From Pseudomonadota bacterium (lineage in GTDB: Bacteria; Bdellovibrionota_F; JAHFAK01; JBDREC01), in contig JBDREC010000049.1 in assembly GCA_043820105.1 (NCBI GenBank), forward strand, positions 1-64,000: a stretch of DNA of 64,000 nucleotides. The letters run 5' to 3'. The notes beneath the pieces were generated by a model. That model worked only from the letters and a program-made list of their open reading frames with translations, had not been told where the DNA came from and did not search any database. A program made the translations under genes and the position numbers. The stretch's first letter is position 1. Every line of letters begins with the position of its first letter. Shown one piece after another: positions 18,938 through 27,948 of the stretch.

Positions 18938-19009
18938 CTAGAAATCAGCAAGAATGACATAAGTTGGTCTTAGTGCCTTTTTCTTACTTTTCTTATTTGA
19001 TTTTTTCAT
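18938..19009 (-). CDS. putative RiPP precursor P1, MKKSNKKSKKKALRPTYVILADF (23 aa; not in ORF track)
   Basis: Translated by hand; GGAGGGAG RBS; shares the motif with P2 and P3. Confidence 0.85.
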   Translation of the reverse strand: MKKSNKKSKKKALRPTYVILADF

Positions 19010-19038
19010 GTCTCCCTCCAAAATTTCGTTTGGGAAAT

Positions 19039-19075
19039 AAAAAAAGGTGCTTCTTTAATAAATAAAGAAACACCT
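19039..19075 (-). terminator. intrinsic terminator/attenuator after precursor P2
   Basis: AGGTGTTTCTTTA-TTTAT-TAAAGAAGCACCT followed by a T-tract on the minus strand. Confidence 0.7.
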
Positions 19076-19082
19076 AAAAAGC

Positions 19083-19163
19083 TTAATCTGTTAACATCAG
19101 GTAAAAAGGTCTTAAAGCTTTCTTGACTGCTTTTTTCTTGGCCTTTTTTGTCGCTTTTTTCAT
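19083..19163 (-). CDS. putative RiPP precursor P2, MKKATKKAKKKAVKKALRPFYLMLTD (26 aa; not in ORF track)
   Basis: Translated by hand; AAGGAG RBS; shared motif. Confidence 0.85.
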   Translation of the reverse strand: MKKATKKAKKKAVKKALRPFYLMLTD

Positions 19164-19269
19164 AATGGACTCCTTTTAATAAAGGGTTACTAAAAACTTG
19201 CTTTTATACGGAAGAACCTTAGCTTGTTTTGACCAAAGTGTTTTCCAAAAGCCTTGAGAATGAGCATTT

Positions 19270-19285
19270 TGCAAGTAATATGCCA
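19270..19285 (-). promoter_or_regulatory. sigma-54 promoter upstream of P2-P1-rSAM
   Basis: TGGCATATTACTTGCA, near-consensus -24/-12 with exact GG-N10-GC spacing. Confidence 0.75.
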
Positions 19286-19415
19286 TAGCAAAAGAGACCA
19301 TTGGTTTTCGTATAAGCGTTTAAATTTAAAGGCAAAACTCTATTGTATTCGTGTTTGGGTTATATTTGATTCGAAAGATAAGGTGTCGTTATGATACTTT
19401 AGGAGCAGAAATTTG

Positions 19416-19499
19416 CTACCAGTCAAGTAAGATATATTCAGGTCTTATTGCTCTTTTTTTTAATGATTTGTTTTTCTTGGATTGCTTATTGTTTTCCAT
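19416..19499 (-). CDS. putative RiPP precursor P3, MENNKQSKKNKSLKKRAIRPEYILLDW (27 aa; not in ORF track)
   Basis: Translated by hand; GGAGGG RBS; shared motif. Confidence 0.83.
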   Translation of the reverse strand: MENNKQSKKNKSLKKRAIRPEYILLDW

Positions 19500-19580
19500 T
19501 TGATTCCCTCCGAGTTTATTGATTATAAAAATACGAAAGCTAAATTACAAAGAAAAAATTAAATTGCAAGAATAAATATT

Positions 19581-22500
19581 TTATTTGTTAACTTTGATAT
19601 CATACTTTATTATTTTTGAACTCAGTGTTTTTTTATCAATTGCCAGTATCTTAGCCGCTTGAGATTTATTCCCATCTGTTTCTTTTAATACATTTTCAAT
19701 TGCTAATTTTTCAACATCACATAATCTTTTTCCCTTAAATACTATTTGATTACTAATGTTATATTTAGTGCTATCAATGAGAGAAGTATCTATGACATTT
19801 GAATTAGAAAGATAGATTAGTTTTTTAATTTCATTTTCAAGTTCTCGAATATTTCCAGGCCAGCTGTAGCTTTTAAAATTATCAATTAATTTTTTATCAA
19901 AAACTTTCGCTTGTTTTAGACTGTGTTTATTTAGAAAATGTTCTATTAATAAAGGAATGTCTTCTGGACGCTCTCTTAATGAAGGGAGCTTTATATGGAT
20001 TACATTCAGTCTAAAATATAAATCTTGCCTAAAGGTTTCTGTTTTTGTCATTTCTAAAAGATCTCTATGTGTAGCTGAAATTATTCTTACATCCACGTTA
20101 TATATTTTATTTCCACCAACACGGCGTATCTTTTTTTCCTGAATCGCTCTTAAAAGCTTTTTTTGCATTGAAATAGGCATATCGCCGACTTCATCTAAAA
20201 ACAAAGACCCCTCATGAGCAAGCTCAAAGAGGCCACGTTTGTCTATATTCGCATCTGTATACGCTCCTTTAACATAACCAAAAAGTTCAGTTTCAAGAAT
20301 TGATTCTGTAAGAGCGGAACAGTTTTCAGCAAAAAAAGGTTTCTCAGTTCTGTTTCCATTATAGTGAATTGCTCTTGCTATTAATTCTTTTCCTGTACCA
20401 CTTTCTCCTGTAATTAAGACTGAAATGTCTGAATCTTTTACTTTATCAATAGTTTCAAATATTTTAAACATGCTTGTGCTTTGAGTAATTATATTTCTAT
20501 AATCATAGTCCTGGATTTCATTTCGTTTACTTAGTTCCAGGGCTTCTTTGGTTTTTTCATAGTTTTCTTCTGTGACTATAAGCCTCTCTTTTACAGCGCT
20601 TGCTTCAGTATTAATTTTAATGTTTTCCTGAGCTAGTTGTTTTAAGTGTTTTGTGTTTGAAATTGCGATTGAAACTTGGCTGGCAAAAGTTAACATAAGT
20701 TCTTTGTCAATATTATCAAAAGCCGCTATTTTTGTAGGGTCATCTAAATAAATTAAACCAGCTACTTTATTATTTTCAACAATCGGTAGAGATAAAACGC
20801 TTTTTAGATTTGAAGCCTGTATGCTGTGAGCTTCTGTAAAATTTTCAATTGCATTTGAAATTTTCAATACGTTTTCTTTTAAAAAGGTATTTTGGATGAT
20901 TGTGTTACTAATTTGATCAGTGTATTGTTTAATATCTTCTTTGTGAATGTTTCTTGCAGCTAAGACTTGAAAGCTTGTAAGGGTAGATAGATCTATTGTT
21001 TCAGTTGGTACAGCTTCTTTGAGTATTATAAATCCACGTTTGGCATCTGAAAATAGGATTGCGTTGTCTAGAATAAGATTTAATAAACGATTTAAATCTT
21101 TTTCCTGTGAGAGGCTTAAATTAATTTCAAAAATCTTGTGTAATTTATTTATGTCAGAAAAGCCATCACGATCAAGTTTTATCATTGATAGAAGTTCTTT
21201 AGCAGAAGAAACTTTCGGTAAGAGATTAAAGTTTGATAAATTTGTAACTAGAATATGTTCTTCTATGCTTGCTATTGTGTTTTGCAAGAGCTTGCTATAT
21301 TCTTCAAGTTTTAAAACATTTTTAGTGAAAAAATACAGTCTTGTAAAAGCTTCGTAATATGATATTTTCATTAATGGATAAAGTTCATCAGCATTTATTG
21401 ATTCAATTTGATCTAAAAAATCTTTAGCTTTTAATGGACTTTCTTTATCAAGCTCTATATTTGCTTTTATTATATTTGTTTCAATGTTGATAATTACATT
21501 CTTGTCTAAAAGCTCAGTTGCTTTTTTTAATAAAGAATATGTTTTATCAATGTTTCCTTGCTTCTTTTCTAATAAGGCTAGGTTTGTGTAGATATCCGCC
21601 ATTCCACTTTTATTGTTTGTTTCCTTAAAAAGTTCAAGGGCTTTATCATAATTTTCCTTACAGCGTTCTATATCATTTTTATTGAATGCGAGGTCAGCCA
21701 GCAAGGAATAGTTGGATGCTAATAATAGTTTGTTATTTCGTTTCTTTGATAAGGCCAATGATTCATTTGCATAATAGCTTGAGTTATCAATATCTCCCAT
21801 CATTGAATAAATTAATGCTATGTTGAAAGTTGCAGTTTCTGTTTCCCTTGGTTTGTCAAGGTTTTCAAGAATATCAAAAGATTCTTTATAAGATTCTAAT
21901 GCTTCTTGTAAAAGCCCCATTCTTAATTGGTTTGAACCAATATTCAAACATTGCTGCGCCTTTTTCCTTATTTGATGAAATTCTTCAGAAATATTGAGCG
22001 CTTCTTTATGCCAATTTATTGCATCTTCTAAGTGGCCAAGCATAGTTGAACTTAAGCCCATGTTGTTTAAAGATGCAATGATGCCACTTTGTTCCTTCAG
22101 TAAACATGCAAAGTCATATGAAAGTTTGAACTCTTCGATACTTTTCTCGAAATTTCCTGAATAATAATTTAGCAGTCCAGAAAGGTTATATAATTTGATT
22201 TTATGAAAATCTTCTAGGATTTCTTTTGCTTTTAATTCATTTAGAATTAATTTGCAGGCTTCGAATTGAGATTGTCCCATTAAAGCTGAAACCTTGAGCA
22301 ATAGAAGCTCTGTTTTTTTGTTATCATTTTGATTTTCACAGGCTTTTAGAATTGCCATATCATAAATTGAAATTCCTTCTGAATATATACCTTTATTTGT
22401 TTTAATTTGTCCCTTGAGTTTCAAAAGATCAAGCTCTTGGTTTGGGTTTAGCTCAAATAAACTCAAACCATTTGCATGTGTTTCTGCGGTATTATAATCA

Positions 22501-25466
22501 CCTGTAAATAATGTAATTTTGACCAATTCAAAAAGAGTGTTGATTTTTAGAGCTTCCTTTTCTTTTGTGTCAATTGCTCCAAGGGAGTTTATGATGATAT
22601 TGTAATAATTAGTTGCTCCTAACAAAAAACCTTTTGAAAAATTGCTCTGGGCCAGTTTGTTATATATTCGCAATGCCTCCATGTTATCTTTTGCAAGTAG
22701 TAGGTGATTCGCTATCTTTTCTTCTTGCTTTTCAGTGCTATAATCAAAGGATTCTAACTCTTGTGCTATTGCTTTATGAATAAGGCTAGCTTCTTTAGAT
22801 GGAATTAAATCACTAATGATTTGCTTTGAAAACTCATCGCTAATGGAGAATAGTTTGTTTGCTTTTGTTAAAATAATTTCATTATCAGATTTTATTTCAT
22901 ATGAAGTGCTTAGAAAGTTTTTTGAATATAAATAATCCAGTTTTAATAAAAGCTCTGGTTTTGATAAAGGATAATTAATTTTAATTAAGATTGTTGAGAT
23001 TGACTCAATTGTTAAGGGTAAATCAAATAGGGTGCTTATAAAAAGAATTTTTTGACCTTCCTTGTCTAATGACTTTACTCTTAAGCTTATAGCTTCTGCA
23101 ATGTCCTTTGGGTAACCTGTTGGAATTCGATGCAATGCAATTGATTCATTTTTAATTAAAATTTGAGCTTTTGAAATTAAATATGGAATTAGTGTTGTAA
23201 TATAAGCAGGGTTTCCGCCTGATGCTTTGAAGACATAATCAAGAAAATCATTTGATATACTTTTATTGAAAATATCCTCAAGCAATGAATTAGTTTCTTT
23301 TCTTGAGAGCCTTTCAAGTTCAAATGATTCCACTTTAATGTGTCTGGAAGCTTTAGATAAAAAAGTATCAAGCAAAATATGCTTTTTAGCTAGATCACTG
23401 TTCAGTGAAAAGAAAAACAAAATATTTGATTTATGTTCTTTAATTGAATCAAATAAGAACCTCAAAAAAATTATTGCAATTTTATTAATGTTTTCACATT
23501 TATCAAAATAAATTAGCGTATCACTATTTCCAATCCTTGATATAAATGTATCAGAGAGCTTTTTAATGAAAGTTGTTGTGTCAGTTAGTTTTACATCGCC
23601 TGATTGCTCATCATTTTCTATTTCTAAGGTTATTGAACATGAACAAAAATCTATAATATCTTGTAAGGAATAGAATTTGATAAAGCTAAAGCTTTTAGAA
23701 TTAATCTCACTTAAATTTGCTTGGTTTATAAATTCATTAATTATTCTGGTTTTGCCAGAACCAGTTTCTCCAACAATAGTTATTATTACCTTGTCAGATT
23801 TGGTTTTTATTTTAGAAAAAACAATATCAAAGTTATTTTGAATTTTTCTTAAAAGCTCATGATTGCCAGTTAAAGATGCCTGTTTTATTGTTAACTTTCC
23901 ACTTAATTCTTGTTTGCTTAAAAGGGAATTCTCAAAAAAATTATTAAGTTCCTTAAGTATTTCACCTTCATTCTGATATCTATCTTTTGAATTATAGGCC
24001 GTCATTTTTGAAATAATGTTACAAAATTCTAGAGGCAAATCCTTTTTTACATAATTTAATTTTATATATTCATTATTTTTTATATCATTTAAATATTCAT
24101 CAAAGGTGCTTGTTGAAAATGGAAAGCTTTTTGTTATTATATGGTAAATGCTCATACCAAAGGAGTAAAGGTCTGATGATGCACTTTCCTTTTTTTGAAG
24201 CAAAATTTCTGGATCAATAAAAAAATTAGTTCCCTTTATTTTAGCTTCTGAGTCCTTGACTAAACCAAAATCTATCAACCTCAGCTCAATAAAACCTTCT
24301 TTGCTTTTTGAAAAGAGAATGTTTGAAGGATTAATGTCGTGATGCTTTATGTTTTTATCTTTCATCACTACAAGTAAAGCTAGGATGTTTGACATAATAG
24401 CATAAATATCCTTTGGTTTTAGTTTGCCAGCATAATGACTTAAGTTTGGAGTTTCAAAATATTCCATTGTAAAGTAATAGCTTTTATTTTCACCATAGAA
24501 AGCAAAATCATAAACCTGAGGAAGCAAGGGATGTTTAAGTTCTTTAAGTAAAATAAATTCATCTTTGAAGGCTTTAATATTTTCTCTAGTATTATTTTCT
24601 TCTTTTAATAGTTTTAGTGCAATAAAAGTTTTCTTGCTTAAATCAAAAGCTAAATAAATATTGCTACTCAGACCTTTTCCTATAAGCTTTTCGATTCTAT
24701 ATCTTTGTCCAATATATTTGATAAGTTTATAATCAACATTGATTTCTTTTTGAAGTTGCAGGTCCTGCGATTTCAGTTTTAGTATAGAATTACATTCAGC
24801 TGGCATGTATTCTTTAAATTTATTAAAAATATATTTAAAATGAGGTCTTGTTAAACCCTTTTTTGAAGAGGTTTCAAATAAAAATCCCCTTTTTGTGCTT
24901 TGCAAAGCCTTTATTCCACGTTTCAGGCTGTTTTCATATTTATTTTCATTGAAAAAGAAATATTCAAATTCTTTTTTAGGAGGGATTTTTATGCCAATTT
25001 TATCATCTGTAATTAATATATCTTGTTTCTTTAGTTTAGAGATCTTATCTGTGTTAAGTCCACAAAGAACATATAATAAAAAAATTGTCTTTCTATTGTC
25101 ATCAACATGCTCAATTTTATCCAAAAATCCTTCAATTTTATCTTTTGGTAGGTAAACAAGAGCTTGCTTTTGCTTGTTTTTAAGACTTTTCCCCAAATCT
25201 TTTAATTCAAAAGCTTGCGACAAGTATTTGAAAAATAATTTTAATGAGGATATATAAAGGTTATATGTATGAGCAGAATACCCTTTTTTTTCAACATCAT
25301 CTAAAAACAATTTAAGATTTTCAAGAGTCAATTCACCAGGATCCTTGAAGCCTGAAAAAAACTTTTCAAGGTCATTGAGTTTCTTTTTATATAGCTCAAT
25401 AGTACCCTTATTGCATTTCTTCCTTTTTTCAAGGCTTAAAATAAACTCAGCAATTACTTTTTTCAT
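19581..25466 (-). CDS. multidomain sigma-54 activator: degenerate XerC/D-like domain, Ser/Thr kinase, AAA NTPase, TPR, GAF, bEBP AAA+, Fis HTH
   Basis: Integrase core-binding pattern (GYSAHTYNLYISSLKLFFKYL); kinase IGKG, ALK, HHDINPSN, DFG; GETGSGKT; TPRs; GAF; GESGTGKE, GAYTDA, LFLDEV, FRQDLYFRL, WPGNIRELEN; GNKSQAAKIL. ATG 25466 preferred over TTG 25541. Confidence 0.88.
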   Translation of the reverse strand: MKKVIAEFILSLEKRKKCNKGTIELYKKKLNDLEKFFSGFKDPGELTLENLKLFLDDVEKKGYSAHTYNLYISSLKLFFKYLSQAFELKDLGKSLKNKQKQALVYLPKDKIEGFLDKIEHVDDNRKTIFLLYVLCGLNTDKISKLKKQDILITDDKIGIKIPPKKEFEYFFFNENKYENSLKRGIKALQSTKRGFLFETSSKKGLTRPHFKYIFNKFKEYMPAECNSILKLKSQDLQLQKEINVDYKLIKYIGQRYRIEKLIGKGLSSNIYLAFDLSKKTFIALKLLKEENNTRENIKAFKDEFILLKELKHPLLPQVYDFAFYGENKSYYFTMEYFETPNLSHYAGKLKPKDIYAIMSNILALLVVMKDKNIKHHDINPSNILFSKSKEGFIELRLIDFGLVKDSEAKIKGTNFFIDPEILLQKKESASSDLYSFGMSIYHIITKSFPFSTSTFDEYLNDIKNNEYIKLNYVKKDLPLEFCNIISKMTAYNSKDRYQNEGEILKELNNFFENSLLSKQELSGKLTIKQASLTGNHELLRKIQNNFDIVFSKIKTKSDKVIITIVGETGSGKTRIINEFINQANLSEINSKSFSFIKFYSLQDIIDFCSCSITLEIENDEQSGDVKLTDTTTFIKKLSDTFISRIGNSDTLIYFDKCENINKIAIIFLRFLFDSIKEHKSNILFFFSLNSDLAKKHILLDTFLSKASRHIKVESFELERLSRKETNSLLEDIFNKSISNDFLDYVFKASGGNPAYITTLIPYLISKAQILIKNESIALHRIPTGYPKDIAEAISLRVKSLDKEGQKILFISTLFDLPLTIESISTILIKINYPLSKPELLLKLDYLYSKNFLSTSYEIKSDNEIILTKANKLFSISDEFSKQIISDLIPSKEASLIHKAIAQELESFDYSTEKQEEKIANHLLLAKDNMEALRIYNKLAQSNFSKGFLLGATNYYNIIINSLGAIDTKEKEALKINTLFELVKITLFTGDYNTAETHANGLSLFELNPNQELDLLKLKGQIKTNKGIYSEGISIYDMAILKACENQNDNKKTELLLLKVSALMGQSQFEACKLILNELKAKEILEDFHKIKLYNLSGLLNYYSGNFEKSIEEFKLSYDFACLLKEQSGIIASLNNMGLSSTMLGHLEDAINWHKEALNISEEFHQIRKKAQQCLNIGSNQLRMGLLQEALESYKESFDILENLDKPRETETATFNIALIYSMMGDIDNSSYYANESLALSKKRNNKLLLASNYSLLADLAFNKNDIERCKENYDKALELFKETNNKSGMADIYTNLALLEKKQGNIDKTYSLLKKATELLDKNVIINIETNIIKANIELDKESPLKAKDFLDQIESINADELYPLMKISYYEAFTRLYFFTKNVLKLEEYSKLLQNTIASIEEHILVTNLSNFNLLPKVSSAKELLSMIKLDRDGFSDINKLHKIFEINLSLSQEKDLNRLLNLILDNAILFSDAKRGFIILKEAVPTETIDLSTLTSFQVLAARNIHKEDIKQYTDQISNTIIQNTFLKENVLKISNAIENFTEAHSIQASNLKSVLSLPIVENNKVAGLIYLDDPTKIAAFDNIDKELMLTFASQVSIAISNTKHLKQLAQENIKINTEASAVKERLIVTEENYEKTKEALELSKRNEIQDYDYRNIITQSTSMFKIFETIDKVKDSDISVLITGESGTGKELIARAIHYNGNRTEKPFFAENCSALTESILETELFGYVKGAYTDANIDKRGLFELAHEGSLFLDEVGDMPISMQKKLLRAIQEKKIRRVGGNKIYNVDVRIISATHRDLLEMTKTETFRQDLYFRLNVIHIKLPSLRERPEDIPLLIEHFLNKHSLKQAKVFDKKLIDNFKSYSWPGNIRELENEIKKLIYLSNSNVIDTSLIDSTKYNISNQIVFKGKRLCDVEKLAIENVLKETDGNKSQAAKILAIDKKTLSSKIIKYDIKVNK

Positions 25467-25556
25467 ATATGGAACTTTTGGATAGTTTAACAAAATATAT
25501 CGTATATGATAGTAAAATAATTGATGAAAAGCAAGTGGCAACTTGTTTGGAATCCG

Positions 25557-25729
25557 TTCGGTTTAGGTTACGAGGCCAGTATCGTAGGTGGGTTAAGGTG
25601 ACGAGTCGGTATAGGTATTGAAACGGTGATGGTTTGGGTAACGATCGATAAACCACCAAGCGATGCGATGCCCAAACCGTGACGTCACCTAAACCTTTGG
25701 ACGATACGGGCTTCGTCACCGAAACCGAA
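25557..25729. repeat. 173-bp GC-rich nested imperfect inverted repeat
   Basis: Outer arms 25557-25585 and 25701-25729 match at 25/29; further inner arms are built from GGTTTAGGTGACG-like units. Confidence 0.85.
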
Positions 25730-25740
25730 ATTATAGCAAT

Positions 25741-25772
25741 AAAAAAGGGAAGCCAAACGTCGTTGACTTCCC
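25741..25772 (-). terminator. intrinsic terminator
   Basis: GGGAAGTCAA-CGACGT-TTGGCTTCCC-TTTTTT on the minus strand. Confidence 0.75.
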
Positions 25773-25805
25773 AGCATCCTAAACTATGGGAACATGAAAC
25801 TTATT
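25741..25805 (-). ncRNA. candidate ~65-nt sigma-54-dependent small RNA
   Basis: Interval bounded by a sigma-54-like promoter (25816-25831) and a strong terminator; no RBS-supported ORF. Confidence 0.4.
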
Positions 25806-25815
25806 TATATGTAAT

Positions 25816-25831
25816 AGCGAAGGGTGTGCCA
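25816..25831 (-). promoter_or_regulatory. putative sigma-54 promoter
   Basis: TGGCACACCCTTCGCT: perfect TGGCAC, GG-N10-GC spacing, -12 element TCGC. Confidence 0.55.
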
Positions 25832-26291
25832 TTTTAGGTGCCCAATACAAAAGACAATAAAAACAAGCATGTATGGCCTTTTATGTGCCTATTATTTTGT
25901 TAAAGTAAATAGGAATAATTACCTTGTTGTAAATTTTGTAAACATATTTGACATTTTTTTTCTTAATACTTACAGCTTACCACCTACCACTTAATATTGT
26001 ACTTGGTTTGGTGGAAAATGCTGCTTGCAAAGAAGCTATGTTTGATGAGTTCCTTAATATGGGAGATGAAGAGGCAAAAACAATTCAGCATCTTGGAGGA
26101 AATAAATTTATTTACCCCTCTGATGAAATAATATAAAAACCAAAAAAATTAAAAAAAATCATCTCACCTGTTTTCTTTTTAAAAAAAATCTGCTATAATT
26201 AAAAATTAGTAGAGTTGAGTAAGAGTGTATGTAAAGTTATTGCTTACCACTTACCACTTATAACTTATCACATATTTCAAGGAGGGGTGCT

Positions 26292-27899
26292 ATGAGTTCC
26301 AAAAACACCAAACACAAGCTGCCTAAAGAGGCTTTATTAGGCTTGGTTCTAATCGTCGTGCTAATTATCGCTTCATTTGGTATTGTTGGCAAAGGTTGCG
26401 GTGGAGATGATTCAGCTGATACGAAATCTGCTGACTGGCTAGAATCTTCATCTGATATGAGTAGTGTTTCAATAAAAGCTTTTGAGCTTATTGAGGATAT
26501 TATTACTATTAATAGTTCCTCTCTTAGTATTTTTGCCTATGATGCAGATGACGCTACTGCTGCAAGTTGTGAAAATTTGAGCTTTGAAGATGGCTCTGCT
26601 GAATGTCCAATGGAACTTCCAATAAATATAAAATATCGTTTTGTAGCTAACTATCAATATACTGAAAATTTTATTACAAAAGAGGTCTCAGGTGAAGCAA
26701 CTGAAATGATTGATCAACTTGAAGAAACCGTTCAAATTACACTAAATATAGGTGACAATGAAGGATCTTTATCCTTTTCATTTAATTCAGATGTTACAGT
26801 TGAAGTTGGAACAAATCAGTATCCAGAATATGCAGTTGATGAAAGTAAAATAAAGGTTGATATAGCACAGGGTATTTTAAGTATAATGTTAGATGGAGCC
26901 TTTGCTTTTAATGATCCAGATAGTTCACAAGATCTTTGCTATGTGGAAGGAGCAATTGATATAAAAGTTTATAAAAAAGCAACTCTATCAAAAATGGGTG
27001 ACCAGGCTATCTATTCAGAAGTCGAGCTTGATGGAATAGCTGCTCCAAGTAGTGCAGCGGAAATGTCTTGTGCTGATGGTGATTATTGCTGCGCCAGGAT
27101 TGGTGTTTTAACTTCCAACGTGACTTGTGGGGATGAAGTGAAACTTCTTGTTTCAGCAACAGATGATCATGACGCTAAAACTTCTTATTCAGTTTTCTTT
27201 GAAGTTCCAAATGACCCTGATTGTGATGCGGATGCAGGAGACGGTGATGGCGATGGTGACGGTGATGGCGACTTAACTCCAATTCCAGTTCGACTTGATT
27301 CAGATGGTGATGGAGTTATAGATGTTTTTGACAATTGTCCAAATGATGTAAATGCAGATCAGGCTGATGAAGATAATGATGGATTAGGCGATGAATGTGA
27401 TCCTCTGACACTAGGAGAAGGTGACTTAATACTGCCTGATAGAGATAGTGATGGTATTCATGACGACTTTGATAATTGTCCAGATATAGCAAATAACGAT
27501 CAAAAAGATGCTGATGGTGATGGTCTGGGAGATGAGTGTGATCCTGATACACTAACAATACTACCAATAGATCAAGATCCTGATAATGATGGTGTTACAA
27601 CTCTTGGTGGTGATAATTGTCCTTATGTCGCCAATAACAATCAGGCTGATGAAGATGCAGATGGTGTTGGGGATGTTTGTGATAACTGTTTAAGTGTTGC
27701 TAATGCTGATCAAGCAGATAGTGATGAAGATGGAAGAGGAGATGCCTGTGAATTTAATCATGCTATACCAAGAGATCCTGAACTTGGATTAGATGAACCT
27801 GGTGATTTTGAAAAGTATGAGCCTCTTGAAAAATTCGAACCTGAAAGAGCAATAGATCTAGATAGGTTGAACTCTAGAATTAATGTGCCTAAATTATAA
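26292..27899 (+). CDS. membrane-anchored surface protein with (GD)n linker and thrombospondin type-3 Ca-binding repeats
   Basis: AAGGAGG RBS; N-terminal TM; repeated DxDxDGxxDxxDNCP...N.DQ.D.D.DG.GD.CD. Confidence 0.85.
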   Translation: MSSKNTKHKLPKEALLGLVLIVVLIIASFGIVGKGCGGDDSADTKSADWLESSSDMSSVSIKAFELIEDIITINSSSLSIFAYDADDATAASCENLSFEDGSAECPMELPINIKYRFVANYQYTENFITKEVSGEATEMIDQLEETVQITLNIGDNEGSLSFSFNSDVTVEVGTNQYPEYAVDESKIKVDIAQGILSIMLDGAFAFNDPDSSQDLCYVEGAIDIKVYKKATLSKMGDQAIYSEVELDGIAAPSSAAEMSCADGDYCCARIGVLTSNVTCGDEVKLLVSATDDHDAKTSYSVFFEVPNDPDCDADAGDGDGDGDGDGDLTPIPVRLDSDGDGVIDVFDNCPNDVNADQADEDNDGLGDECDPLTLGEGDLILPDRDSDGIHDDFDNCPDIANNDQKDADGDGLGDECDPDTLTILPIDQDPDNDGVTTLGGDNCPYVANNNQADEDADGVGDVCDNCLSVANADQADSDEDGRGDACEFNHAIPRDPELGLDEPGDFEKYEPLEKFEPERAIDLDRLNSRINVPKL

Positions 27900-27948
27900 T
27901 TGGCTTATATGCAATAATTCTTCACATTTCTTTAATTAATAAATTCCA

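Noticed and set aside
19190-19267. Possible fourth small ORF MLILKAFGKHFGQNKLRFFRIKASF
   Set aside because: Starts upstream of the predicted transcription start, has no RBS and lacks the shared motif.
25447-25719. 90-aa minus-strand ORF across the palindrome
   Set aside because: No RBS, atypical composition, overlaps the activator start; explained by the GC-rich repeat.
25557-25729. CRISPR array, integron attC or retron msd interpretation
   Set aside because: No identical repeats with unique spacers, no cas, reverse transcriptase or active integrase nearby, and no clear RYYYAAC/GTTRRRY boundaries.
25948-26136. 62-aa ORF
   Set aside because: Begins within a heptamer repeat, no RBS, no recognisable motif.
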